Sequence record: NZ_CP138856.1
From: a plasmid
Reading direction: 5' to 3' (one strand)
DNA: 35,773 nucleotides
Shown here: positions 15,553 through 25,136 of the stretch, in pieces
How the letters are laid out: every line of letters starts with the position of its first letter
Numbering within the stretch: position 1 is the stretch's first letter
Notes under the pieces: generated by a model
The model's database searches: none
Told to the model about the DNA's origin: nothing
Seen by the model: only the letters and a program-made list of their open reading frames with translations
Position numbers and translations under genes: made by a program

Positions 15553-16280
15553 CACGAGCATTGACAGCTGAGGTGCGCCGACTGCTCACCGTGCGCTCCA
15601 CAGGCATCTTCGCTGCGCTGCTGATCGGCTGCTGCGTCGGCCCCATCGTCCTGATGGGCATCGTCTACGACCCGGCCTATCGAGGGCCGATCGACGCCGG
15701 TGATCTGGGCAAGTGCGTGAGCATCTTCCATGTGCTGGCCATCGTGTTCGCCGGCACACACACCGCGACCGAGATCAATGCGGGGTCGACGGCGCTGTCC
15801 TTCCTCACGCAGAAGAGTCGATGGGCCTCGTTGGTGGCACAGGCAGCGGTCCAGTGGGCGTTCCTCGCATTCGCGTACGTCGTCGGCATCGGCCTCGCGC
15901 TCGTCGCGGCGACGTTCTATCCCGACGGGCTGGCCATGTCGCCGCGAGGGTGGGCCTACCTCGCGGCCTACCTCCTCGTCGTTCTCCTGTGGGCGACGAT
16001 GGCGACGGCGCTTGCCGTCCTCACGCGCTCCGTCGCGGTGTCCGTCGCCGCGCCGATCACGTGGATGCTCCTGATCGAACAGCTCGCGTCCATGGTCCCG
16101 ATGCTCGAGGCGATCACGCCGTGGCTGCCGTTCAACGCCAGCCACATGCTCCTCGCCCAGGCACTTGGAGAGGCCCCTGCAGGCATGTCCGTGTGGCCTC
16201 CTGCCGTCGCGCTTCTCGTACCGGCACTCGGCCTGGCGGGCGCGGGGCTATGTGCCCATGTCCGACGGGACTCGGCGTGA
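15549..16280 (+). CDS. ABC-2 type transporter permease, 243 aa (6 TM)
   Basis: Hydrophobic 6-TM protein. ATG overlaps the ATPase stop (ATGA). Typical BcrB-like small permease. Confidence 0.65.
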   Translation: MTRALTAEVRRLLTVRSTGIFAALLIGCCVGPIVLMGIVYDPAYRGPIDAGDLGKCVSIFHVLAIVFAGTHTATEINAGSTALSFLTQKSRWASLVAQAAVQWAFLAFAYVVGIGLALVAATFYPDGLAMSPRGWAYLAAYLLVVLLWATMATALAVLTRSVAVSVAAPITWMLLIEQLASMVPMLEAITPWLPFNASHMLLAQALGEAPAGMSVWPPAVALLVPALGLAGAGLCAHVRRDSA

Positions 16281-16474
16281 TGGGCAGGCCTGCGCCTCGC
16301 ATCCGCCGCCCAAGACGGTTCGTGGCGTCGCAGGGCTGGGGCTGACTCACACCGCCGTTCAACAAACGGTCGTTGATGTGAACAGTGGTCCGGAGGAGCC
16401 GATCGCGAGCATTTCGCCGAGTGGGTGTTCACAAACCCGTTCAACTACATCTAGACTAGACAGAGGCAGTTGAA

Positions 16475-17315
16475 GGTGCTGTTGCAACTTGGGGCGGGAG
16501 CCAAGAAAGCTCCGTTTTTATTGTGTGATCAACGCTATGTTCCTGTGTTGTCAGGCCGTCTCGAATACCCGGCTAACAATCACTGCATCCGGATTCGGGT
16601 GACCATAGGCAAACATCGTGCCCTGCCCCTTCCGCAATGAGTGCATCGCTTCCATCCCTTTCAACGTCCGGTAGGCAGACGTTCGGTTTTTGAATGCTCC
16701 TTTCGGCCCCAGGATCCGCTTTAACCGGCCATGATCGCCTTCAATGACGTTGTTGAGGTATTTCACCCGACGATGCTCGACCGTCGATGGACAGACGCCT
16801 TCCGCCTTCAGCTCAGAGATTGCCCTGGCGAGTGAGGGGGCCTTGTCGGTGCTGATCACCCGCGGATAGCCTGCCGATTTATTCGACCGTAGCGTCTTCG
16901 CCAGGAAACGCTTCGCTGCCGCGACGTTGCGTTTTGGTGAGAGGTAGAAGTCCAGGGTCTGGCCACCGGCGGTGATTGCCCGATAGAGGTAGCACCACTT
17001 TCCCCCGACCCGGATATAGGTCTCATCCACCCGCCAGGACCTGGCCTGCCAGTCAGGAACTTGCCGATACCACCGGGTCTTCTTATCCAGCTCAGGAGCA
17101 TATTTCTGGACCCAGCGGTAGATCGTGGTGTGATCGACCGGCACTCCCCGCTCGGTCATCATCTCTTCGAGGTCGCGATAGCTCACGCCGTAGCGGCAGT
17201 ACCACCGCACCGCCCACAGGATGATTTCACGAGGGAACTGCCGACCGGAGAAGATGCCCATGGACCTGATTATTCCACGCCGGTCTTCCTACTGCCCCAA
17301 CTTTGCAACAGCACC
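16475..17315 (-). mobile_element. IS6-family insertion sequence (IS26-like), 841 bp, copy 1
   Basis: Terminal inverted repeats ggtgctgttgcaac (16475) and gttgcaaagttgggg…/ccccaactttgcaacagcacc (17295-17315) resemble the IS26 GGCACTGTTGCAAA ends. Encodes a DDE transposase. Confidence 0.8.
16551..17261 (-). CDS. tnp: IS6-family DDE transposase, 236 aa
   Basis: MGIFSGRQFPREIILWAVRWYCRYGVSYRDLEEMMTERGVPVDHTTIYRWVQ… is clearly related to Tnp26/IS6100-type transposases, but not identical to IS26 Tnp as I recall it. Confidence 0.85.
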   Translation of the reverse strand: MGIFSGRQFPREIILWAVRWYCRYGVSYRDLEEMMTERGVPVDHTTIYRWVQKYAPELDKKTRWYRQVPDWQARSWRVDETYIRVGGKWCYLYRAITAGGQTLDFYLSPKRNVAAAKRFLAKTLRSNKSAGYPRVISTDKAPSLARAISELKAEGVCPSTVEHRRVKYLNNVIEGDHGRLKRILGPKGAFKNRTSAYRTLKGMEAMHSLRKGQGTMFAYGHPNPDAVIVSRVFETA

Positions 17316-17377
17316 AAAATATATCATCATGAACAATAAAACTGTCTGCTTACATAAACAGTAATACAAGGGGTGTT

Positions 17378-18193
17378 ATGAGCCATATTCAACGGGAAAC
17401 GTCTTGCTCGAGGCCGCGATTAAATTCCAACCTGGATGCTGATTTATATGGGTATAGATGGGCTCGCGATAATGTCGGGCAATCAGGTGCGACAATCTAT
17501 CGATTGTATGGGAAGCCCAATGCGCCAGAGTTGTTTCTGAAACATGGCAAAGGTAGCGTTGCCAATGATGTTACAGATGAGATGGTCAGACTAAACTGGC
17601 TGACGGCATTTATGCCTCTTCCGACCATCAAGCATTTTATCCGTACTCCTGATGATGCATGGTTACTCACCACTGCGATCCCCGGGAAAACAGCATTCCA
17701 GGTATTAGAAGAATATCCTGATTCAGGTGAAAATATTGTTGATGCGCTGGCAGTGTTCCTGCGCCGGTTGCATTCGATTCCTGTTTGTAATTGTCCTTTT
17801 AACAGCGATCGCGTATTTCGTCTCGCTCAGGCGCAATCACGAATGAATAACGGTTTGGTTGATGCTAGTGATTTTGATGACGAGCGTAATGGCTGGCCTG
17901 TTGAACAAGTCTGGAAAGAAATGCATAAGCTTTTGCCATTCTCACCGGATTCAGTCGTCACTCATGGTGATTTCTCACTTGATAACCTTATTTTTGACGA
18001 GGGGAAATTAATAGGTTGTATTGATGTTGGACGAGTCGGAATCGCAGACCGATACCAGGATCTTGCCATCCTATGGAACTGCCTCGGTGAGTTTTCTCCT
18101 TCATTACAGAAACGGCTTTTTCAAAAATATGGTATTGATAATCCTGATATGAATAAATTGCAGTTTCATTTGATGCTCGATGAGTTTTTCTGA
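17378..18193 (+). CDS. aph(3')-Ia: Aminoglycoside 3'-phosphotransferase APH(3')-Ia (kanamycin/neomycin resistance)
   Basis: Protein MSHIQRETSCSRPRLNS…LMLDEFF matches the Tn903/Tn4352 aphA1 product. The upstream ttacataaacagtaatacaaggggtgttATG leader is the classic Tn903 sequence. Low GC (~44%). Confidence 0.95.
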   Translation: MSHIQRETSCSRPRLNSNLDADLYGYRWARDNVGQSGATIYRLYGKPNAPELFLKHGKGSVANDVTDEMVRLNWLTAFMPLPTIKHFIRTPDDAWLLTTAIPGKTAFQVLEEYPDSGENIVDALAVFLRRLHSIPVCNCPFNSDRVFRLAQAQSRMNNGLVDASDFDDERNGWPVEQVWKEMHKLLPFSPDSVVTHGDFSLDNLIFDEGKLIGCIDVGRVGIADRYQDLAILWNCLGEFSPSLQKRLFQKYGIDNPDMNKLQFHLMLDEFF

Positions 18194-18208
18194 TAGTTAG
18201 TCTTTGTA

Positions 18209-18236
18209 GGGTGCTGTTGCAACTTGGGGCGGGAGC
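18209..18236 (+). mobile_element. 28-bp remnant of the IS6-family left end (ggtgctgttgcaacttggggcgggagcc) fused to the interior of an smr gene; this is the tandem-duplication junction
   Basis: Identical to the first 28 bp of the IS at 33446. Sequence then continues as cgaaaatcgcggcgg = position 3004 onward. Confidence 0.8.
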
Positions 18237-18472
18237 CCGAAAATCGCGGCGGATAGCACGGCGGCGAGCACGACCCCGCTGGCTCCCCAGATGCCATAGG
18301 CGACGCCGATCTGCATTCCTTCGCGCAGGCAGAAGGTGAGGAAGACGAAAGTGCCGATGTATCCGGCAGCAACCACGATGTACCAGGATGGGTGATTGAG
18401 CGCCGCCTTGAGAGACAGCGTCGCCGCCACTTCGGTAGTGATGGCGCCAGCGAGCAGGAACCACTGCTTCAT
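18236..18472 (-). pseudogene. 3'-truncated copy of smr (N-terminal ~79 codons), fused to the IS remnant
   Basis: Duplicate of 3004..3239. The ORF reads through into IS-derived sequence (…AAIFGLPPQVATAPYKD*). Confidence 0.75.
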
Positions 18473-19014
18473 GGGGTTGTTCCTTCGATCAGGGAGCGAA
18501 TGCTGGAGACGACGGCTTCGAGATCCGCGCCGTGGAGGGTGGACACACCTGTGGCCTGGGCGCCCCAGAGTCCGTCGGCGGCGAGTCGGGCGGTGGTCAG
18601 CCTGGCTCGGGTGGCGGCGTCGAGATCGTCCGGGAGTTCGAGCCAGCGGCCCATCCGCGTAGTCCACGGTTCGGTGAGTTCGGGCCGATACGTCGCTTGG
18701 CCCCAGATGATGAACTCGGCGCGCTTGGCGGCCCCGTGGGCGGCGACGTGAACGTAGCTCAGGAGCCGCTCGGTGGCGTTGGCGTTCTCGAGGGGCTTGC
18801 CAAGGGTGGCAGTCATGTCGTTCTCGACGTTGGCCGCAGCGTGGTCGACGATCGCGGCGAGCAGTACGTCGCGGTTGCGGAAGTGATATAGCAATCCCGG
18901 TTTGGTGAGCCCGGCCTCGTGGGCCACTGCGTCAAGGGTAATGTCGCCACCCTCCGCTGCGTTCATGACGCGGAGGGCAGCTTCCAGGATCTCGGAGCGC
19001 TGACTGGTTCGCAT
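18469..19014 (-). CDS. TetR/AcrR family regulator (copy 2)
   Basis: Identical duplicate of 3236..3781. Confidence 0.8.
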   Translation of the reverse strand: MRTSQRSEILEAALRVMNAAEGGDITLDAVAHEAGLTKPGLLYHFRNRDVLLAAIVDHAAANVENDMTATLGKPLENANATERLLSYVHVAAHGAAKRAEFIIWGQATYRPELTEPWTTRMGRWLELPDDLDAATRARLTTARLAADGLWGAQATGVSTLHGADLEAVVSSIRSLIEGTTP

Positions 19015-19148
19015 ATAGCTAACTTTACCATTTGGTAGGTGAAGCCTTCAACTGCGGGCGCTGGTAGGGGCACCTGGGGTACACCCTAAGTGAACAGTTT
19101 GAGAATTACATGCATCGCGTTTAACTCACTGTTCGCTAGGGTGGGTTT

Positions 19149-19769
19149 ATGAGTAATGAAACAGAACCGTCACTACCTCTAGACATTCCTGAACAACCAG
19201 AGGTGGTTACGGGGCAGAAAATCGGTTACGCGCGCGTGAGTTCCAAGGATCAGAATCTCGACCGGCAGTTGGCGGCGTTGAAGAAGGAAAAAGTCTTCCG
19301 CATCTTCACCGACACGGTGAGTGGTTCGTCCACCCAGCGCCCCGGCTTAGATGGGGCGCTTGATTATGTGCGCGCCGGCGATCAACTCATTGTGGTGAGC
19401 ATGGACAGGCTTGCCCGTTCCCTTATCGACCTCCACCGCCTGGTCGATGAACTCACCGAACGCGGAGTATCCGTGAAATTCCTCAAAGAGGGGCAGACCT
19501 ATTCATTGGACTCGAGTCCGGTGGCCAAGCTCATGCTTGGCCTACTCGGGTCGGTGGCGGAGTTTGAACGCGCGATTATTCGTGAACGCCAAGCCGAAGG
19601 CATTGCCAAAGCCAAGGCGCGCGGCGTGTATAAGGGGCGTGCGAAAGTCCTCAACGAGGAGCAAATAATGCAGGCGCGCGAGTGGGTGAGCGAGGGGGTT
19701 CCGAAAACAGAGGTTGCCCGCCGCTTCGGGATAGGGCGCACCACACTGTATAAATACCTCGCCGACTAA
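19149..19769 (+). CDS. Serine recombinase/resolvase (copy 2)
   Basis: Identical duplicate of 3916..4536. Confidence 0.85.
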   Translation: MSNETEPSLPLDIPEQPEVVTGQKIGYARVSSKDQNLDRQLAALKKEKVFRIFTDTVSGSSTQRPGLDGALDYVRAGDQLIVVSMDRLARSLIDLHRLVDELTERGVSVKFLKEGQTYSLDSSPVAKLMLGLLGSVAEFERAIIRERQAEGIAKAKARGVYKGRAKVLNEEQIMQAREWVSEGVPKTEVARRFGIGRTTLYKYLAD

Positions 19770-19776
19770 CGGGCCG

Positions 19777-20070
19777 TTAGAGGTGATCAGCAAGCGAGAA
19801 AAAGACAAGTGCCCCCAGGATGAGACCGAGAAAGATTCCGACATCGATCCAGCGCGATTTTTTCACCGGCTTCTCCCACGGCATGGTGGCTGCTATGGCG
19901 ACACCAACGCGGACTGCCGCAGCGAGCGAGCAGACGGCGAAAACAGTCAGAAGCTCTGCCACCCAGCCAAACAGGCTGGCAACGATAATGGAAATGATCG
20001 CCACCCCGAAAATCACGGTGCTGGTGCGAAGCGATGGACGAGGTGCGGGTGAAGGATGTTTTCTACTCAT
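19777..20070 (-). CDS. Hypothetical small membrane protein (copy 2)
   Basis: Duplicate of 4544..4837. Confidence 0.35.
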   Translation of the reverse strand: MSRKHPSPAPRPSLRTSTVIFGVAIISIIVASLFGWVAELLTVFAVCSLAAAVRVGVAIAATMPWEKPVKKSRWIDVGIFLGLILGALVFFSLADHL

Positions 20071-20305
20071 GTGGACACCATGTCATATGCGTGTGCACTT
20101 TCCCCCGAACAAGGATTTGCCCAGCTCGCGCATGATAGACACGCGTACTGGGCGACTTTTATCAGCCGACGGACTCGTGTGCGTTAGCCGCGCGTGACGG
20201 TGGGTTTGTGCGGCAGGTGCCAGTTCAACTGGCAAAGGAGCATAATCAAGAAAAACCGTCAACCCATTGTTGACTTGTTTAGTCTCCCGTCGGTAGACTA
20301 CTGTT

Positions 20306-20515
20306 ATGAAGCGAAACGCCGTCATCAAGAAATTGAAAGCGGAAGCCAAGCGGCGCGGTCTTGAATTTGAGGAAATCGCCCTATCGCGCCATGACGCTTA
20401 TCGGGTAGGCAGCACCACCCGAACCTTAGGTAGGCACCGTGAGATTGACGATGTGACAGTCAAGAAGTTTTTCGACCAATACGCCCAAGAATTAGGTAAA
20501 GGCTGGTGGAGGTAA
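20306..20515 (+). CDS. hicA: HicA-family toxin candidate (copy 2)
   Basis: Duplicate of 5073..5282. Flanking repeats at 20117..20211 and 20914..21003. Confidence 0.5.
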   Translation: MKRNAVIKKLKAEAKRRGLEFEEIALSRHDAYRVGSTTRTLGRHREIDDVTVKKFFDQYAQELGKGWWR

Positions 20516-20895
20516 TGACCACGACATACACAGTAACCGCAGAACGCGGAACCAGCGGAGTATGGGTGCTCGAATGCGCCGAACTAGGGGCAGTGTCCCA
20601 AACTAAGCGGCTGGCTAATGCTGCCGACGAGATGCGCGAAGCACTGGCCTACCAGGCAGGCCTAGACCCAGACGAAATCAACATTATTGTTGATGTTGTT
20701 CTCCCACCGGGCCTTGCGGAAATGAAAGCTCGCGCCGAAAAAGAACGCGAAGAAGCGGCACGACTGGCCGCTGCGGCACAGGCAAGCACTCATGACCTCG
20801 CTGTTGCAATGAGAAACGCTGGAATGACCGTGCGAGATATGGGAACAGTCCTCGGAGTGTCTTACCAGCGCGCCCAAAAGCTCGCAGCATCCTAA
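20515..20895 (+). CDS. hicB: HicB-family antitoxin candidate (copy 2)
   Basis: Duplicate of 5282..5662. Confidence 0.55.
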   Translation: MTTTYTVTAERGTSGVWVLECAELGAVSQTKRLANAADEMREALAYQAGLDPDEINIIVDVVLPPGLAEMKARAEKEREEAARLAAAAQASTHDLAVAMRNAGMTVRDMGTVLGVSYQRAQKLAAS

Positions 20896-21371
20896 ACACT
20901 GAAAGCGAAAGTCGCCCAGTACGCGTGTCTATCATGCGCGTGCTGGGCGATTTTTCTCGACCGGTGGACTCGTGTGCGTTGGTGGCGCGTGACGGTGGGC
21001 TTGCAAGGTAGTCCCCAGTTAGTGGTGTGGGCGGCGTTAAACGGCTCGGCCTGGTCGATGATTTGGCGTCCAATCTTGGCCGCTTCGCGCCCGAAAAGTT
21101 TGTCCATCACTGCTCCTTAACGCTTGGCTCTTTAGTGCTGCCGCGAAAGTCGCGTGTGCGACTTTCTTGCCCCGCGTGATTATCGCGTCCTGGCGTTCGT
21201 AGTTATCGCTAGCGGTTGCCTGACACAACCAGAGACACCGAAGCGCCGGCTACTTTTCTGCGCTGACCACGCTTTACGAGCGCTAAGCGCTCTAGGTTTA
21301 TGGTACATTTGCACTAGAAGTGCCTAGGGGTGTTCCGATGCTCACCGTGCTGGTTAGAGGAGGTGGCGTGT

Positions 21372-24300
21372 GTGCTGACTATCGCGAAGATGGGTGCGCA
21401 TTCCGTGGCCTATTATCAGTCCACAGTTGATGAGAATCGAGGGCCGGATTCGTACTATTCCGAGGACGGAAAGCAGCCAGCTTCGGTGTGGCTTCGGGGT
21501 GAAAAAGTGGCCGAGGTCTCGGCGTTTTTGGGTGCCGAAAACGGCGCTGTTGTGTCGGGAAAAACAGTTGAGGATTGGTTCAATAAGGCGGTTGCCCCGA
21601 GTGGTGTAAAGCTTGGAAAAGCTCTCGGGGATAAAGGGGTTCCGGGGTTCGATCTGACGTTTTGTGCGCCGAAATCTGTTTCATTGTTGTGGGGCATGGG
21701 TGTTGATTCTTCGGTTCGTAGCATCGTTGATGAAGCCCACCAGGCGGCAGTAAGTCAGGCATTGGATTACTTATCAGAGCATGCCGGCTATACGCGAAAG
21801 CAAGACCCTGCTGCGTCAAAGAAGCGTCTGATCATTGAAAAATTGGCGGGTATTTCTGGCGTGAAATATGAACACCGAACTTCACGTGCGGGCGATCCTC
21901 ACGTCCATTCCCACGTGTTGTTGGCGAATAAGCAGTTGTGCCAGGACGGTAAGGCTCGCACTCTGGATGGGGTTAGTTTGTATCACGAAGCGCGTGCGGC
22001 AGGCATGGTGTATCAGGCCACGGTGCGCGAAATTCTGAGTCGAAAGCTCGGTGTGGAGTTCGGTGATGTGGTCAATGGGTGCGCGGAAATCGTCGGTCTT
22101 GATGACCCAGAATTGCTTGCGTCGTATTCAACTAGGGCGCGCGAGATTGACCAATGGCAGGCCGAGAATGGTTTAGAGACGCGGGCGTCGTATGAGCGCA
22201 TCGCGCAGAAAATCACCCGCCGCACTAAGGACACCGAGACTCCACTAGACGAGTTAGAAACCGAGTGGGCTAGTGCCGAACATGGCGCAACGGTGCGTGC
22301 GTTTGTGGACGGACTGGAGCCAAGAAGTAAAGCGGCCTCGCGTGAATTGGGGGAGGATTTCTTGCCGAAACCTGCCCAGATTTTGGCCGAGGTTATCGCA
22401 GAACGCTCCACGTTTACTCGTGCCGATGTAGCTGAAAAAGCAGCGGAACTTATCCGCCCTGGCGCAGTTTCTCCGCAGGATATGACTGCCACTGTGGAGC
22501 GGCTTGTCGATGCCGCGTTGGGTGAAAAAGGAACGTGGTCGGTAACTCCGGAGAAATCCCGCGAGCTGGATAATACCCAGCGCGAAGGCTCGCAGAAGTA
22601 CACCACCGTCGAGGTTGTCGACGAGGTTGAACGAGTAGTTGATATGGCTACTGCACGGGTTGAGCGCGGGGTTAATGCCGAGTCGATTCAGCCGGTTGAA
22701 GGCGAACTATCTCCTGCTCAGGCGGACGCTATGCGCGCGGTCGTCAGTTCTGACTATCTGACTTCTGTGGTAGTCGCGCCTGCCGGTGCTGGTAAGACGT
22801 CTTCACTTAAAGCCGCGCACAAGGCATGGAACCAGTCTGGTAAACACGTCGTGGGTCTAGCACCGACTGGTAAGGCTGCTGATGTGATGGTGGGCGAGAA
22901 TGTGGCTGATGAATCCATGACGATTGCCCGCGCATATGTTGGCACAGACGAGCTGACACCGGAGCAAACAGCGGCGAAGTTGGGGTGGGGCCAGGACACC
23001 GTCCTAGTCGTAGATGAAGCCGGCATGGTGTCTAACCCGGATATGGCTCGCGTGCTGGAGACGGCTAGTGCCGCAGGTTCGCGTGTGGTTTTTGTCGGTG
23101 ATCCAGAGCAGTATTCGGCGGTTAAGGCACGCTCTGGTCTGCTGGCAACCTTGTCCCATGAGCTTCCCGATGCGGTCGAACTAGCCGAGGTGTTCCGCCA
23201 GCGTGATGCCGGTGAGCGTGAAGCATCGAAGTGGTTGCGCGGTGGTGAAGAATCAGACGTTTCCCGTGCCGCCGAGTGGTATATGCACCATGATCGCCTG
23301 CATGCTGGTTCGGTAACGGCCATGATGGACGATGCTTTGGCTGGGTGGCGTGAGGATACTGCCGCAGGAAAGCAGTCGCTGCTGGTTGCTGCCACCCGCG
23401 ACCAGGTCACCGCGCTTAATGCTGCGGCACAGAAGATTCGCGCCGAGCGTGGTGAGATTAACGCTGAGAACCGATTGTGCTTGTCTGATGGTTTGGAAGC
23501 TGGCGTTGGTGATGTAGTCCTGACTCGTCGTAATGACTCGAAGCTGATTACTAGCAGCGGGGATATGGTGCGCAATGGTCAACGCTGGGTTGTTGATTCC
23601 ATCGGTTATGACGGCTCGATTACTGCCCGTCGATGTGACGATACTTCTGCCACAGTGACGTTAAATAGCGATTACCTGGAAAAGCATGCCCAACTCGGTT
23701 ATGCCGCTACCGGGCATAGTTCCCAAGGTGCGACCGTGGATGTGTCCCGTGTAGTCGCTGGTGTCGGCAACCTGGATAAAGCTAGCGTTTACGTTCCTAT
23801 GACCCGTGGACGTGAAGGTAACTTCCTCTACATCGCAGAGACTCAACCGGGAGATACTGAGACCGGGCACGGTCAGATACGCCAGGTTTCTCGGCGCGAG
23901 TCTGCCGAGTACGCCCGCGACCTCTTGGTGTCTGCAGGTGTGCGCGCCCAAGGTGACCGCACACCTCAAGCGTTATTTGGACAGGCTAAGCAGGACTGGG
24001 AACTGGCCAAACTGGTCAATCACCCTACCCATATAGATACTGGTAGTCCTTTTGCTGGCACCGAGATGGGTGCCTACATGCAGGCGTTTGCCGCTAAGCG
24101 CGAAGCCCGCTTCGTTGATTTCCATGCTCGCGCTCAAGTCGATAGTACCGATGAGGTAGCACAGCCAGAGCTCGCATCCCCTTGCGAGCAGCAGGAACAG
24201 GACTTTGGCGATGCCTTGGGGCACCTCGATACTGAGATAGACCGCGTCAGCACGCAGCTAGAGACGCTGCGCGGTGAGTACGACCAAGCCAACCAGGCGG

Positions 24301-24728
24301 TTGAGCAGCTTGGGAAGCAGTGCGAACAGCAAGAACAGGTGGTTCGTGAGTCTGCAGAAGAAAAGAACGCGAGGGGCTTTTTCGGCAGACTACGCCACGG
24401 CAAGGAGGACCAAGCAATCCTCGATGAAGCAATCCGACTGCGCGACAAAGTCGCGCAGCACTACGACCAAGCTGTGGACTATCGCGACAGCTTTACTACC
24501 CCGATTCGCCAGTTGGAGACCGAACTCGACGCACTGTCTACTCAACGTCGCGATATGCAAGGCCTAAAGAAGTCCATGGACTTCCTCGACTCACTCGGCA
24601 TGAGCGCTACCGCAGATGATGAGATGGTATCCCGTATCCACCAGCAAGCTGCTGCAGATAACGACTACGACAACGCCCCAGACAACTGGCTAGACAACAC
24701 CCCCAGCAACGACGGCCCAGAGCTTTAG
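21372..24728 (+). CDS. traA: TraA relaxase/helicase (copy 2)
   Basis: Identical duplicate of 6139..9495. Candidate oriT copy at 21133..21371. Confidence 0.85.
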   Translation: MLTIAKMGAHSVAYYQSTVDENRGPDSYYSEDGKQPASVWLRGEKVAEVSAFLGAENGAVVSGKTVEDWFNKAVAPSGVKLGKALGDKGVPGFDLTFCAPKSVSLLWGMGVDSSVRSIVDEAHQAAVSQALDYLSEHAGYTRKQDPAASKKRLIIEKLAGISGVKYEHRTSRAGDPHVHSHVLLANKQLCQDGKARTLDGVSLYHEARAAGMVYQATVREILSRKLGVEFGDVVNGCAEIVGLDDPELLASYSTRAREIDQWQAENGLETRASYERIAQKITRRTKDTETPLDELETEWASAEHGATVRAFVDGLEPRSKAASRELGEDFLPKPAQILAEVIAERSTFTRADVAEKAAELIRPGAVSPQDMTATVERLVDAALGEKGTWSVTPEKSRELDNTQREGSQKYTTVEVVDEVERVVDMATARVERGVNAESIQPVEGELSPAQADAMRAVVSSDYLTSVVVAPAGAGKTSSLKAAHKAWNQSGKHVVGLAPTGKAADVMVGENVADESMTIARAYVGTDELTPEQTAAKLGWGQDTVLVVDEAGMVSNPDMARVLETASAAGSRVVFVGDPEQYSAVKARSGLLATLSHELPDAVELAEVFRQRDAGEREASKWLRGGEESDVSRAAEWYMHHDRLHAGSVTAMMDDALAGWREDTAAGKQSLLVAATRDQVTALNAAAQKIRAERGEINAENRLCLSDGLEAGVGDVVLTRRNDSKLITSSGDMVRNGQRWVVDSIGYDGSITARRCDDTSATVTLNSDYLEKHAQLGYAATGHSSQGATVDVSRVVAGVGNLDKASVYVPMTRGREGNFLYIAETQPGDTETGHGQIRQVSRRESAEYARDLLVSAGVRAQGDRTPQALFGQAKQDWELAKLVNHPTHIDTGSPFAGTEMGAYMQAFAAKREARFVDFHARAQVDSTDEVAQPELASPCEQQEQDFGDALGHLDTEIDRVSTQLETLRGEYDQANQAVEQLGKQCEQQEQVVRESAEEKNARGFFGRLRHGKEDQAILDEAIRLRDKVAQHYDQAVDYRDSFTTPIRQLETELDALSTQRRDMQGLKKSMDFLDSLGMSATADDEMVSRIHQQAAADNDYDNAPDNWLDNTPSNDGPEL

Positions 24729-24869
24729 TAAAAGTCCGTCCCCTCCTCATCGACTCCGAGCCTATGGTAAACAATGTTTACACAGTGGAGAGATACCGCT
24801 GCGAAAAATATGTACACTGCCGCAAGGCAAACTGTAAACATTGTTTACGCAATAAGTGAAAGGAATTCC

Positions 24870-25136
24870 ATGGTTCAAGGCCCCCACAAGTCAGGACGAG
24901 TGGTGTCTGTGCGGATGTCAGAAGACATCATTGAGCGCTTAGATACTTTGTGTGCCCGTACTGGTCGCAGTCGCGGCTTCTACCTCAAGATGGCAGTTAC
25001 TGCGATGCTGCCCCAGTTAGAGGAATATCACTGGGAACACGTCGCAGCGGACTTCGAAGACAAGAGCATTGAAAACGAGTTTTACCGCATCATGCTCGCC
25101 GGTCTGTCTGTAGAACATGACGATAAAGAGAAATAG
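24870..25136 (+). CDS. Ribbon-helix-helix DNA-binding protein (copy 2)
   Basis: Duplicate of 9637..9903. Operator palindromes at 24767..24848. Confidence 0.6.
   Translation: MVQGPHKSGRVVSVRMSEDIIERLDTLCARTGRSRGFYLKMAVTAMLPQLEEYHWEHVAADFEDKSIENEFYRIMLAGLSVEHDDKEK

Noticed and set aside
15006-16145. Long antisense ORFs in the high-GC block (also 13774..14592-, 12954..13565-, 10692..11690-, 11850..12473-, 12597..12989+)
   Set aside because: Arg/Pro/Gly-rich translations opposite well-supported genes. Typical spurious frames in high-GC sequence.
14175-16280. Single 701-aa ORF spanning the PAP2 3' end, ABC ATPase and permease
   Set aside because: Artefact of stop-poor ~70% GC DNA combined with the 2-bp deletion that shifts the ATPase frame into the permease frame. 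The real genes are 14628..15552 (frameshifted) and 15549..16280.
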